A stretch of 64,000 nucleotides of DNA from an uncultured Candidatus Entotheonella sp. (GCA_965215335.1 CBDCDA010000001.1:960001-1024000); one strand, 5' to 3'. Shown: positions 29,570 to 40,700, numbered from the stretch's first letter. A program made the numbers and translations. The notes: generated by a model not told the origin, from the sequence alone.

Positions 29570-31123
29570 ATGGCTCCCGAATCCGCTCAACACACCGGCG
29601 CTGCCGCTGTCGAGGTGGCGCCCGCCGACGAGCACAACCTGGACCTGCTGGCCAACACGCATCCCACCGACCATGAGAATCCCGCTCCGAACAACCCGTA
29701 CAATCTGGTGGTGCTGGGCGCGGGCACCGCGGGCCTGGTATCGGCCATCGGCTCGGCCGGGCTGGGGGCGCGAGTGGCGCTCATCGAGAGGCATCTGATG
29801 GGCGGCGACTGCCTGAATTACGGCTGCGTGCCGAGCAAGGGCATCATCCGCGCCGCCTCGGCATGGGCCGACGTGCGCGACGCGCCGTACTACGGCGTGC
29901 AGCCGAACGGCGAGGCAACGGTGGATTTCGGGGCCGCCATGGCGCGCATGCGGCGGCTGCGGGCGCAGATCAGCCGCAACGATTCGGTGCAGCGATACCG
30001 CGAGGCGGGCGTTGACGTGTTCCTGGGCGCGGGGCGATTTACCGGGCCGCGCGAGATCGAGGTCGGCGGGCAGACCCTGCGCTTTGCCAAGGCGGTGGTT
30101 GCCACGGGCGGACGCGCCGTGGCGCCGCCGGTGCAGGGGTTGGCCGAAGCCGGGTATCTGACCAACGAAACGGTGTTCAGCCTGACCGAACGCCCGGCGC
30201 GGGTCGCTGTCATCGGCGGCGGGCCGATCGGCTGCGAATTGGCCCAGACCTTTCGCCGCCTGGGTTCGACCGTCACGCTCATCCACACGGGCGACCACGT
30301 GCTCAACCGGGAAGACGCCGACGCCGCGCACCTCGTGCAGGAATCCATGCTGCGGGACGGCGTCGAACTGGCCCTGTCGGCCTCGCTGTTCGCCGTTGAG
30401 CTGAAGGACGCGGACAAGGTGCTACGCTACAAGGACGGCTCCGGCAACGACCGCGAAGTGGCGGTGGATACCATCATCGTCTCCGCCGGCCGCAGGGCGA
30501 ACGTCGATGGCTTCGGCCTGGAGACCGCCGGCGTGGCCTGCACGCCGCACGGCGTGCAGGTGGATGACAACCTGCGCACCAGCAACCCGCGCATCTTCGC
30601 CGCCGGCGACGTGTGCTCGCGCTTCCAGTTCACCCATGCGGCGGACTTCATGGCCCGCATCGTCATTGCCAACGCCCTGTTCAAGGGCCGCCAGAAGGCT
30701 TCGGCGCTGACGATTCCCTGGTGCACCTATACCGAGCCGCAGATCGCCCACGTGGGCCTGACCGAGGCCACCGCCGCGGCAGCCGGCACCGCCATCGACA
30801 CCTTCACGCAACCCTTCGACGACGTCGACCGGGCCATCCTCGACGGCGACGCGGAGGGCTTCGCCAAGGTGCACGTCCACAAAGGCAGCGACAAGATTCT
30901 GGGGGCTACCATCGTGGCGCGCAACGCCGGCGACATGATCGGCATCTACGCCACGGCAATGACTCACGGCCTGGGATTGGCCAAAATCTCCAAGGTCATT
31001 CTCCCCTACCCCACGCAGGCCGAGGCGGTGCGCAAAACGGCGGATCTGTACAACCGCACGCGCCTCACCCCCACGGTGCGCAAGATCATGGACAAGTGGC
31101 TGCGCTGGCAGCGCGGTCGGTAA
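29570..31123 (+). CDS. Pyridine nucleotide-disulfide oxidoreductase (MerA/E3-like)
   Basis: GAGTAG, GGDCLNYGCVPSK, GGGPIGCE, AAGD, YPT; no C-terminal Cys-Cys. Confidence 0.88.
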   Translation: MAPESAQHTGAAAVEVAPADEHNLDLLANTHPTDHENPAPNNPYNLVVLGAGTAGLVSAIGSAGLGARVALIERHLMGGDCLNYGCVPSKGIIRAASAWADVRDAPYYGVQPNGEATVDFGAAMARMRRLRAQISRNDSVQRYREAGVDVFLGAGRFTGPREIEVGGQTLRFAKAVVATGGRAVAPPVQGLAEAGYLTNETVFSLTERPARVAVIGGGPIGCELAQTFRRLGSTVTLIHTGDHVLNREDADAAHLVQESMLRDGVELALSASLFAVELKDADKVLRYKDGSGNDREVAVDTIIVSAGRRANVDGFGLETAGVACTPHGVQVDDNLRTSNPRIFAAGDVCSRFQFTHAADFMARIVIANALFKGRQKASALTIPWCTYTEPQIAHVGLTEATAAAAGTAIDTFTQPFDDVDRAILDGDAEGFAKVHVHKGSDKILGATIVARNAGDMIGIYATAMTHGLGLAKISKVILPYPTQAEAVRKTADLYNRTRLTPTVRKIMDKWLRWQRGR

Positions 31124-31141
31124 GGACAAGCGAGTGGCGCC

Positions 31142-31828
31142 ATGACCTCGATCGCTGTTGCCATCATGGCCAGACAGCCCGCACCGGGCACCGTGAAAAC
31201 CCGCCTGCGCCCGTTCCTGTCGGATAACGACATCGCGGCGCTGTACGAGAGTTTTCTGCGCGACCGGATCGGCCAGGTGAGGTCCCTGGACGGCGCCGTC
31301 CCCGTCATCGCCTACACGCCGGCCGAAAGCCGCCCCTTCTTTGCGGAACTGGCGCCTGACTTCCTCCTGCTGCCACAGGTTGGCGACGGCTTGTCCACCC
31401 GGCTGACCTGCATTTTCCAGCAGCTGCTGGATAGGGGCCACAGCGGGGTCATCGCCACCGACAGCGATTCGCCCACCCTGCCCGCGGATCACCTGCAACG
31501 CGCTGTGGACAGCCTCGCGGCCCCCGGTGCCGACGTGGTGCTGGGACCGAGCGACGATGGCGGCTACTATCTGATCGGCTTGCGACGGCTGCACCCCGCC
31601 TTTTTCGACGCCATGCCGTGGAGTACGCCGCAGGTGTTTGACGAGACCCGGCGCCGCACCGTGGAACTGGGTCTGCCGGTGACGGCACTGCCGGGTTGGT
31701 ACGACGTGGATACGCCGGTGGCGTTCGAGCGCCTGCGTGCCGAAATAAACGAGTTGGGCGCCGTCGCGCCGCAGCACACGTGGCGATTCTTCGCCGCTCG
31801 GGAACCGGAAAGACGTAGATCGGATTAG
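31142..31828 (+). CDS. DUF2064 / TIGR04282-type glycosyltransferase-like protein
   Basis: PGTVKTRL, Q-x-GDGL, DSDSP, LGPSDDGGYYLIG, WST, DVDTP. Confidence 0.85.
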   Translation: MTSIAVAIMARQPAPGTVKTRLRPFLSDNDIAALYESFLRDRIGQVRSLDGAVPVIAYTPAESRPFFAELAPDFLLLPQVGDGLSTRLTCIFQQLLDRGHSGVIATDSDSPTLPADHLQRAVDSLAAPGADVVLGPSDDGGYYLIGLRRLHPAFFDAMPWSTPQVFDETRRRTVELGLPVTALPGWYDVDTPVAFERLRAEINELGAVAPQHTWRFFAAREPERRRSD

Positions 31829-31884
31829 TCACCGGGCACAATCCGGCATTCCAAAACCATAACCATGCGAAACAGGAACCACCC

Positions 31885-32820
31885 ATGCGCATTCTGATTA
31901 TGGGAACCGGCGGCTTGGGCGGCTATTTCGGTGGCCTGCTGGCTCGGGCTGGCGGCGACGTGACCTTCATCGCCCGCGGCGCGAACCTGCAGGCACTGCA
32001 GGCGCGCGGCCTCACCGTGCACAGCGTCAATGGCGATTTCACGCTGCCGGTTGTTCAGGCGCGCCCCGACCCGGCCGGCATGCCGGAGGCGGACTTCGTG
32101 CTGTTCTGCGTGAAAACATACGGGGTGGGCGACGCAACGGCCCTTGTGCAGCCGGTGGTGGGACCGCACACCGTCCTGCTGACCCTGCAAAATGGCGTCG
32201 ATACCCCGGCCTGCTTGCAGCAAGCCTTCGGACGCGGCACGGTGCTGGCCGGCATCACCCGGATTGGCTCGACGCTCGTTGAACCCGGCGTTATCGAACA
32301 GCCGACCCGCGACCGCGCCATTGAATTCGGCAGCCTCGATGCGCCAGGCGCCGCGGCGCTGGAAACCGTACGCGCCCTGCTTGAGGCCGCCGACATCCCG
32401 GCGACGCCGTCGCCGGACATCCGCAAGAGTCTGTGGGAAAAGCTGGTGCTAATCAGTGCCTTTGCCGGCCTCTCCGCCCTCACGGGTCTTTCGCCCAACC
32501 AGATTCTGGCGCGGCAGCCGACCCGTACCGTATACACCCGCGTCATGGAGGAGACGGCCGCCGTGGCGCGTGCCGCGGGCGTTGCCCTGGCACCCGATAG
32601 CGCGGCACGAATTCTCTCGTATCTGGACGCCGAAGGAGAACTGGGCAGCGCTTCCATGGCGGTCGATTTCCAGCAGCGCCGACGCACCGAAGTCGACGCC
32701 ATCAACGGCGCCGTGGTCAGGCACGGTGAGCGGATGGGCGTTCCGACACCGGTCAACGAAGCGATTTATGCCGCCCTGGTGGTCATGGACGGCTATCATC
32801 GCAAAGAGAAACAGACATGA
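31885..32820 (+). CDS. panE: Ketopantoate reductase family protein
   Basis: GTGGLGG, VKTY, LQNG, WEKL, SM-x-x-D, TEVDAING, TPVN. Confidence 0.85.
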   Translation: MRILIMGTGGLGGYFGGLLARAGGDVTFIARGANLQALQARGLTVHSVNGDFTLPVVQARPDPAGMPEADFVLFCVKTYGVGDATALVQPVVGPHTVLLTLQNGVDTPACLQQAFGRGTVLAGITRIGSTLVEPGVIEQPTRDRAIEFGSLDAPGAAALETVRALLEAADIPATPSPDIRKSLWEKLVLISAFAGLSALTGLSPNQILARQPTRTVYTRVMEETAAVARAAGVALAPDSAARILSYLDAEGELGSASMAVDFQQRRRTEVDAINGAVVRHGERMGVPTPVNEAIYAALVVMDGYHRKEKQT

Positions 32821-32956
32821 AAAGCGGGGATTGCCGGCCTGCTGTTCGTTGCCGCAACGGCGTGCGCCGGTCGAGTGATGGTGGCCTGGCACCTTTATAA
32901 CTGACAGGCCGACCGGATGGCCTGGCATCAGTTCATGCCTCTGCAGGCACGACTGA

Positions 32957-34237
32957 TCAGTTGAGCGTGGCCTTTCGTGCGCTGATTGGCAGCACCTCCA
33001 GGCCTCTCAGAATGATGTTGTCCCTGAACACCGGGCGGTCCGTCTGCATGCGAATGTCGGTGAATCGCTCCATGATGGCCTCGAAGGCGAGCCGGCCTTC
33101 CAGCCGCGCCAGAGAGGCTCCGAGGCAATGATGGATGCCGCGCCCGAAGGAGATGTGATTGGCTTCCTGGCGTGTGAGATCAAGACGGTCCGGCTCGTTG
33201 AACATCTCCGGGTCGCGGTTGGCCGAGCCGAGGAGGACGATGATGCCCTCGCCTTTGGCAATGTGGCGACCGTTGAATTCCATGTCCTCCAGGGCGACCC
33301 GAATGTCCAACTGCACGGGAGCGTCGTAGCGCAGCAATTCCTCGATCGCCGAGGGCATGAGGTCCGGCGATTGGCGCAGCACTTCCAGTTGTTCGGGGTT
33401 CCGCAATAACGCCAGCATGCCGTTGCCGATGAGTTTGGTGGTCGTCTCGTTGCCGGCTACCAGCAGGAGCCGCAGCATGGCGAGCAATTCCGCTTGACTC
33501 AGCTTGTCCCCTGACTCTTCGGCCGCCACAAGGGCGCTGATCAGGTCATCCTGGGGTTCCCGCCGCCGCCGGTCGATGATGCCCAAAAAATACTCGTCGA
33601 GTTCCTTACCGGCTTCGCCGACCAAGCGCCGCTCATCGGCAGTGATGTTCGGCTCCAGACCGCGCGCGCGGTGGCGCGACCATATCTGAAACTGCGGCCG
33701 GTCTTCTACCGGCACGCCAAGCAGTTCGGCAATGACGATGACAGGCAGGGGTGCCGCGATGGCCTCCATGAGGTCGAAGCCCGAGGGGTCGTCGATCTGG
33801 CCCAGCAGATCGTCGGCGATGGCACGGATGTGCCCGGCGAGGCCCTCGACCACCGCGGGCGTGAATGCTCGACTCACCAGAGCGCGCAGCCGCGTGTGGT
33901 CCGGCGGATCTCGGAACAGCATGCTCGGCTGGCTCTGGAGATCAAACGTCTCGTCGATGTGGCCGGGGTTGCCGCGCTTGCCGGAATCGTTGGAAAACCG
34001 TTTGTGATCACGCAGGATGCTGTCCACGTGCTTGTAACGCGAGAACACCCAGGAATCCATCAACGGGCTCCAATGCACGGGGTCCTTGTCGCGCAGCCGC
34101 TCGTAGGTCGGATACGGATCCGTGTACACGCTCGGCGACAGCGGGTTGTACGTCACACCGCTCTGCCACCACTCGCGGGCCACCATGACACGGATGGCAA
34201 CCGGCTTGATGATCTTCCGAAGCACGCTGGATCTCAT
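32957..34237 (-). CDS. Cytochrome P450
   Basis: DPPDHTRLR, AGNETT, EELLR, FGRGIHHCLG. Confidence 0.95.
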   Translation of the reverse strand: MRSSVLRKIIKPVAIRVMVAREWWQSGVTYNPLSPSVYTDPYPTYERLRDKDPVHWSPLMDSWVFSRYKHVDSILRDHKRFSNDSGKRGNPGHIDETFDLQSQPSMLFRDPPDHTRLRALVSRAFTPAVVEGLAGHIRAIADDLLGQIDDPSGFDLMEAIAAPLPVIVIAELLGVPVEDRPQFQIWSRHRARGLEPNITADERRLVGEAGKELDEYFLGIIDRRRREPQDDLISALVAAEESGDKLSQAELLAMLRLLLVAGNETTTKLIGNGMLALLRNPEQLEVLRQSPDLMPSAIEELLRYDAPVQLDIRVALEDMEFNGRHIAKGEGIIVLLGSANRDPEMFNEPDRLDLTRQEANHISFGRGIHHCLGASLARLEGRLAFEAIMERFTDIRMQTDRPVFRDNIILRGLEVLPISARKATLN

Positions 34238-34284
34238 GACCGCCTCCTCTTGAATCCCGGGTCCACTACGTCCGCTAGATCTGC

Positions 34285-34336
34285 AACATCCGGCACGTCA
34301 ACTGTTAATCCCCAGTCCATAACATCCGGCACGTCA
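34285..34336. repeat. 16-bp direct repeat duplicating the 3' end of the spmAB-like gene
   Basis: AACATCCGGCACGTCA at 34285-34300 and 34321-34336. Confidence 0.8.
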
Positions 34337-35645
34337 GCGATGCTACCACAATACCGGTTGCATCCGCGCAAAGCCCGGCCAGCAGTGCGTGGCGGATGCG
34401 GCTGACGCCCACGGCACCGAAATAGACGGCCAGCACGTAGAACGTGGTCTCGGTACTGCCCATCAGCGTCGAAGCCACATAGGCGGCGTAGGAGTCAGGC
34501 GCCGCTTCGACGAGTTCCGCCATGATGCCGAACGCACCACTCCCCGACAGGGGCCGCACCAATGCCATGGGCAGAACCTCGCCCGGCATGCCGATCAGAC
34601 GGGTGACCGGGTTGAGGATGGCGGTCAGCAGTTCCATCGCCCCCGACGCGCGAAACATGCGGATGGCCACCAGAATGGCCACCAGGAACGGGATGATGCG
34701 CACGGCGATGTCGAAACCCTGCCTGGCGCCCTCGGTGACCGCCTCGTAGATACGCACGCCGCGGGCCAGACCGTATGAAAAGATGAGGAAGATCAGCACC
34801 GGCATCAGCCAGTAGCTGGCGAAGCGGTTTTTCAGGAAGTCGGGCAGCGATTCCGCGACAACGGCCTGATACACCGCGGCGGCGGCAAGCAGGAGCAGCC
34901 CGGCGATGGCCAGTTGTTTGCCGGTGGTGCCGGCATGGCTCGTCAAGTGGGTGTAGTCGGGCTCGGATGCCTGGTCATCCGTCGCGCCGGCCACGGGACC
35001 GGCGTCAACCGGCTGCGCCTGCGCCACTTGTTCCCGACAGGCGGCATCGCGGCGCCCCCACCAGGAGGCGACCAGCACGCCGACGAAGGTCGATGCCAAG
35101 GTCGCCACCAAGGTCGGCACGAACATCTCGAAGGGCCGCGTGCTGCCCGCCGCGGCGCGCACGCCCATGACGCCCAGCGGCAGTAGCGCGACGCTGGAGG
35201 TGTTGATCGCCAGAAACAGGCACATGGCATTGGTGGCCACGCCGGGAAACGGGTTGAGGCGGTTCAGCTCGACCATCGCCTTGATGCCGAACGGCGTCGC
35301 CGCGTTGCCGAGACCCAGCATGTTCGCCGAGATGTTGAGGATCATGGCGCTCATGGCCGGATGCTCGGCGGGCACCTCGGGGAACAACCGCACCATGACG
35401 GGCCGGACCAAGCGCGCCAGTTGCCGCATCATCCCGCCGGCCTCCAGGACGCGCACGAAACCCAGCCACAACGCCATGATGCCGATCAAGCCGATGGCCA
35501 GTGTCACCGCGCCCTCGGCCGCGGCGATGCTCGCATCGGCCGTTTCCTGCATGCGCCCGGACAGGCCGGCGAACAGAATGGCGCCCATGATGAACACGAC
35601 GAAGACGACGTTGATGGGGCTGATTTTCGGCTCGGCCGAGGACAC
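34305..35645 (-). CDS. SpmA-SpmB fusion / nucleoside-recognition (Gate) membrane protein
   Basis: ANMLGLGNAATPFGIKAM, FLAINTSS, RPLSGSGA, GSTETTFYVLAVYFG. Confidence 0.88.
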   Translation of the reverse strand: MSSAEPKISPINVVFVVFIMGAILFAGLSGRMQETADASIAAAEGAVTLAIGLIGIMALWLGFVRVLEAGGMMRQLARLVRPVMVRLFPEVPAEHPAMSAMILNISANMLGLGNAATPFGIKAMVELNRLNPFPGVATNAMCLFLAINTSSVALLPLGVMGVRAAAGSTRPFEMFVPTLVATLASTFVGVLVASWWGRRDAACREQVAQAQPVDAGPVAGATDDQASEPDYTHLTSHAGTTGKQLAIAGLLLLAAAAVYQAVVAESLPDFLKNRFASYWLMPVLIFLIFSYGLARGVRIYEAVTEGARQGFDIAVRIIPFLVAILVAIRMFRASGAMELLTAILNPVTRLIGMPGEVLPMALVRPLSGSGAFGIMAELVEAAPDSYAAYVASTLMGSTETTFYVLAVYFGAVGVSRIRHALLAGLCADATGIVVASLTCRMLWTGD

Positions 35646-35648
35646 CGG

Positions 35649-36626
35649 TCACGCCCCTCCGGCTACCCGATGGATGAACGGCTGGTCGCGTTCCCAACGG
35701 CGTACGTTCTCGACGATGATGTCGACCAGACGCTGCTCGTAGCGCGACGTTTCGCCGCCGGTGTGCGGCGTGATGAGGACGTTGGGCAGGTCCCACAACG
35801 GGCTTTCCGGGCGTAACGGCTCGTCGACGGTGAGGTCCAGCGCCGCCCCGGCAATGTCGCCCTTCTGCAAGGCGACAATCAACTCGGATTCGACGACGAC
35901 TTGACCACGGGACACGTTTACCAGATGAGCGGACGACCGCATACGCTGCAATTCGGCAGCGCCGATGAGATTCGTCGTTGCGGGCTTGAGCGGACAGCAG
36001 AGCACGACATGATCGGCGCTGTCGAGCAATTCCCCCAGGCGATTGGGGGGCAGCACGGCGTCGGCGTCGCCCCGGTACGCGGCGGGGTTGCCCTTGGTGC
36101 CGATGACGCGCATGCCGAACGCCTTGGCGAGCGTCGCCAGGCGGTTGCCGATGGCGCCAAGGCCGACGATGCCCAGGGTCTTGCCGGCGATTTCGTCTTC
36201 GCGCCCCCGCGGGTCGCTTATCATCGGGCGCCAGTGCTTGCGACGCTGGTTGTCGCGCGCCTCGGACAGGCGGCGGCTGAAGGCCAGGATGAGCGCCATG
36301 GCGTGTTCGCTGACGGCGTTGGCGTTGACCCCCACGGCATGGGTCAGCCGGATGCCGCGACGCTGCAACTCGGCAAGCGGAAACTGGTTGTAGCCGACGC
36401 CGATGGCCTGAATCCATTGCAGTTTTCCCGCGCTGTCGAGTAAATCGTCTCGCCAGGCGCCAGAAATGACCAGCACGTCGATTTCGGACATGCGCGGCGT
36501 TATTCCGTCAGCACTGTGCTCCTGAAACACCGTTGCTTCAGGAAGGCAGGCCCCGAGGACCGGGGCGATGCGGTAGGCGGGGTGGCACACACCGATGGTC
36601 AGGTCCTTGGCGGCGATCGCCGGCAT
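35649..36626 (-). CDS. D-2-hydroxyacid dehydrogenase
   Basis: GLGAIG, NVSRG, AALD...EP, TPHTGG. Confidence 0.92.
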   Translation of the reverse strand: MPAIAAKDLTIGVCHPAYRIAPVLGACLPEATVFQEHSADGITPRMSEIDVLVISGAWRDDLLDSAGKLQWIQAIGVGYNQFPLAELQRRGIRLTHAVGVNANAVSEHAMALILAFSRRLSEARDNQRRKHWRPMISDPRGREDEIAGKTLGIVGLGAIGNRLATLAKAFGMRVIGTKGNPAAYRGDADAVLPPNRLGELLDSADHVVLCCPLKPATTNLIGAAELQRMRSSAHLVNVSRGQVVVESELIVALQKGDIAGAALDLTVDEPLRPESPLWDLPNVLITPHTGGETSRYEQRLVDIIVENVRRWERDQPFIHRVAGGA

Positions 36627-36662
36627 GATGGTCTCCTGTGACTGGCGCGCCGGCCCGCGACG

Positions 36663-37826
36663 CTACAAGGCGGCCACAAAGGCCCGCGCCACGTCCTGCG
36701 CGGACATGCGATTCAGCGATGGATTGATTTTGAGCCAGAAGCCGCCCCGCCAGCGGGCTTGCGGCAGGTGAATGTTGCCCCGGCCGAGCCGGTCGCGGAA
36801 GCGCTCGGGATCGGTTCCGGAGACGTGCACGGGCACGATGTGGGTGCCATTGGGAATGGGCGCGACGCGAAAAGCGGGGTGATCGGCCAGCGCCTGGAAA
36901 ATGCTTTCCGCCTTGCGCCAACCGGCCTTGTACTGCTCCAGGAAGTCGTCGACGAATTCCAGCGCCACCGCAGCATACGGCCAGGCGCCGGGCAGGCCGC
37001 TGCCGAACATGCGGCGCACCTGGAACAGGTGCTCCGTGAATGCCCGCGTGCCGGCGAGAATGGCGCCGGCAGCGGCATTGAAGCATTTGTACAGCGACAC
37101 GTACACGGTATCGAACAGCGCGGCGTACCGCGCCGGCGAAATGCCGGTGTGAACGGATTCCACGAACAAGCGGGCGCCGTCGAGGTGCAGCCGGATGCCC
37201 TCCTGCCGGGCGAAGGCGGCGATGCGCCGCATGTCGTCGGGGCCGAACACGGCGTCATCCATGCGCCGCACCGGCGACTCGATGCAAATGACGCCGACGT
37301 CCGTCTCTACCCGGCCGGAACGGCTGCGGCGCACCGCCTCCTGCACCTCCGACAACGTGAAGCCGACCCGCCCCGGCGCCAGGGGAATGAGGTTCAGGCC
37401 GCTGAGCTGCTGGGCGCAGTCGCCGGAATCGTTGTAGATATGGCTCTCGGCCTGCACGAGGACGCGCCGCTGCACCCCTGCCAGTTCGCGCAGCGCGATG
37501 TGGTTGGCCAGCGTGCCGGTGGGCATGAAGACGGCGCTCTCCTTGCCGAGCCAGCGGGCGAACGTATGTTCCAGTTCCTCGACGACACCGCCGTTGGCGT
37601 AAACATCAGGATGCAGGGGCCTAGAAACAGCGATTTGCTTCAGAAGGTGGGCGTATTCCAGAGGGCTGAGATGGGAGCCGTCGTAGATGAAATTGACGGC
37701 CTGTTGCAGTCTGGCCAACTCGTCCGGCTCAGCGGCTGCCTGGCATGCCAAGCCCGGCGCCGCCGTAGCCCCCGCCGCCAACGCGCCACCGAGCTTGAAT
37801 ACCTCGCGTCGCCCCATGGCGTTCAT
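36663..37826 (-). CDS. Low-specificity threonine aldolase-like PLP enzyme with Tat signal
   Basis: FMPTGTLAN, ESHI, HLDGAR, VSLYKC; N-terminal GRREVFKLGG...A-x-A. Confidence 0.82.
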   Translation of the reverse strand: MNAMGRREVFKLGGALAAGATAAPGLACQAAAEPDELARLQQAVNFIYDGSHLSPLEYAHLLKQIAVSRPLHPDVYANGGVVEELEHTFARWLGKESAVFMPTGTLANHIALRELAGVQRRVLVQAESHIYNDSGDCAQQLSGLNLIPLAPGRVGFTLSEVQEAVRRSRSGRVETDVGVICIESPVRRMDDAVFGPDDMRRIAAFARQEGIRLHLDGARLFVESVHTGISPARYAALFDTVYVSLYKCFNAAAGAILAGTRAFTEHLFQVRRMFGSGLPGAWPYAAVALEFVDDFLEQYKAGWRKAESIFQALADHPAFRVAPIPNGTHIVPVHVSGTDPERFRDRLGRGNIHLPQARWRGGFWLKINPSLNRMSAQDVARAFVAAL

Positions 37827-37855
37827 TGCTCGCTCGATGACCGCATCATGAGGAC

Positions 37856-38509
37856 TCAGGCTGCCGAGCCGCCGGCCAGGCGGCGACTGCCGTCGCCTTG
37901 GTAGACATATTCAAACGTCATGCAGCCCGCCACGTTGCCGGTGCAATAGTAGCTCAGCAGCCGCATCTTGGCATATTTGCCGTCCTGCGTGCGGACGACG
38001 TAAATCTCCGGCTTGGGGGCCAGCACGTTGGCCAGGTAACTGTAATTGTACCACTTCTCCAAGACCGGATTGAAGGCGTGCAGACGATTCTTGGGGTGAA
38101 TATCGGCTTGAAATTCGACCCCTCCGGGCACCCGCGACACGACGGCAAGGTCCCGCCCGGGGAGCTTCAGGACGGCGCCCTGGCCGTCGGGATTGCTGCG
38201 GCCGCCATTGGTCTTCATCACGTAGCGCTTGAAGGCAAGGTCCCAGGCGTCCCGCCCGGGATCAAGAACCGCTACCACGGCACCGCGAGAAAAATCGAAG
38301 TAGACCCAGACGTTTTCGGAACGGGCGTCGATGGTGTAGACGATCGGCTCGGTCAGATGCTCGACGGTTTCCACGGGTCTCGGCGGCGTGGGGCTGTAGG
38401 TGGCCGAGGCGGGGTCGAATCCATCGCTTGCCACCCGCTCGCAAGCCGTCGCAAAGAGAGCGCAAAGAGCGCCCAGCACCGGCAGGCAGTACGCCTTAGC
38501 GGCTCCCAT
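37856..38509 (-). CDS. HmuY-family heme-binding lipoprotein
   Basis: Lipobox ATAC; WVYFDF, WDLAFKR, KTNGG, WYNY, YVVRTQDGKYAK...SYY. Confidence 0.8.
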   Translation of the reverse strand: MGAAKAYCLPVLGALCALFATACERVASDGFDPASATYSPTPPRPVETVEHLTEPIVYTIDARSENVWVYFDFSRGAVVAVLDPGRDAWDLAFKRYVMKTNGGRSNPDGQGAVLKLPGRDLAVVSRVPGGVEFQADIHPKNRLHAFNPVLEKWYNYSYLANVLAPKPEIYVVRTQDGKYAKMRLLSYYCTGNVAGCMTFEYVYQGDGSRRLAGGSAA

Positions 38510-38729
38510 TGCGGCTCCCCTCACGAACCAGACGGCGCAGGCGCACGTGCCGCCGCATGGGCAGGTAAACCAGGAAATAGATACCGCAACCGATGCCGAC
38601 GTTCAGCACCCCGAGGATGAGCACGGTATGGTCGTAGCCGCGCGTCACCAGGTGATGATAGGCCAGCCAGTCGGCCAGACCCAGGAAGGCGACGTGCACC
38701 AGGAGGCCGACCAGGAGGTAGATGTTCAT
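38496..38729 (-). CDS. Small two-helix membrane protein
   Basis: MNIYLLVGLLVHVAFLG...; ATGA-coupled to the upstream gene; stop overlaps the HmuY start. Confidence 0.55.
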   Translation of the reverse strand: MNIYLLVGLLVHVAFLGLADWLAYHHLVTRGYDHTVLILGVLNVGIGCGIYFLVYLPMRRHVRLRRLVREGSRNGSR

Positions 38730-39244
38730 GACGCCCATGAGCTGCTCCCCGCAGATTGTCTGGATGGGTGCCGTGATCCGTCGTGCGTGCTCCCGGATGC
38801 CTCGACTCGCCACCACGCCTGGCCCAAGCCGGCCCACAACAGACACGCGGCGTTGATCACCGCCAGCCCCAGCGCTGCCGTGTGCAACAACGATTTCAGA
38901 TACAACCCGCCCCGCAACAAGACGACGACGCGGGCACAGACCAGCAGCCCGAGCAGCAGGGTGAAACTGATCTGATAGGCCCTGTGCTGGCCGCTGGCAC
39001 GTTGATGAAACGACACCCCGATGCCGGTGCGGCGATAGATGAGGAATGGAAAGGCGATCGCTATAATGCCGCCGAGAATGAAAAATGCAGTGGGGTTCGA
39101 CATGGCGCGCTGGGTGCTCTGCATGCTGGTGAGATACTGAGCGCCAAACAGGTAATAGAGGCCATAGATGAAATAAACGATCGCGGCAACGGCATGGCGT
39201 TTCTGCAGGAGGTTCTCGGTGGGTCGCGTTAGCAGTTGCGTCAT
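38726..39244 (-). CDS. Hypothetical membrane protein (~4 TM)
   Basis: Four hydrophobic segments from MTQLLTRP onward; first gene of the coupled trio. Confidence 0.6.
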   Translation of the reverse strand: MTQLLTRPTENLLQKRHAVAAIVYFIYGLYYLFGAQYLTSMQSTQRAMSNPTAFFILGGIIAIAFPFLIYRRTGIGVSFHQRASGQHRAYQISFTLLLGLLVCARVVVLLRGGLYLKSLLHTAALGLAVINAACLLWAGLGQAWWRVEASGSTHDGSRHPSRQSAGSSSWAS

Positions 39245-39371
39245 CGCGGAACGTCCATCGTCTCGATCCGGTCCAGGGCATTTTGAATTCATTGGTTTAC
39301 GTGGCCGCAAGCATAACAGCGGTACGGGTGGGGCGCAATGCCGGTGCCCGTGCCGGAAAGGCATCCGGACA

Positions 39372-40392
<1,021 letters not shown>

Positions 40393-40418
<26 letters not shown>

Positions 40419-40653
40419 CCTCATCGATCAGCATGATCGGGACGTCGTCCCGGACCGGGTAGAAGTACTGCCGGTCCGCCCGGATCAGAGCCTCATCGAT
40501 CGACTCCGTAACCGGCGCCCCCCGCCGGGTTGTCAATTCCCCGCGTGCAATCCGGTGATTGATGACTGCCACCTCCTCCACCTCGGCCAGCGTAAGGGCC
40601 TGTTTGGTCTCCGGACAAACGAGAATATCGAGCAACTCCTGGTTGATGGCCAT
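40393..40653 (-). CDS. Trm112-family protein
   Basis: ELLDILVCPETK...YPVRDDVPIML. Confidence 0.85.
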
Positions 40654-40700
40654 GCCGTCATCTTCCTATTCAATCCAAAACGCAATCTGGTTCACAGCCA

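Noticed and set aside
29570..31123. merA or lpdA assignment
   Set aside because: No C-terminal Cys-Cys or mer genes; YPT instead of HPT.
32817..32904. Possible frameshifted lipoprotein leader (MKAGIAGLLFVAATAC) after panE
   Set aside because: Needs an assumed 1-bp deletion and is too short to support.
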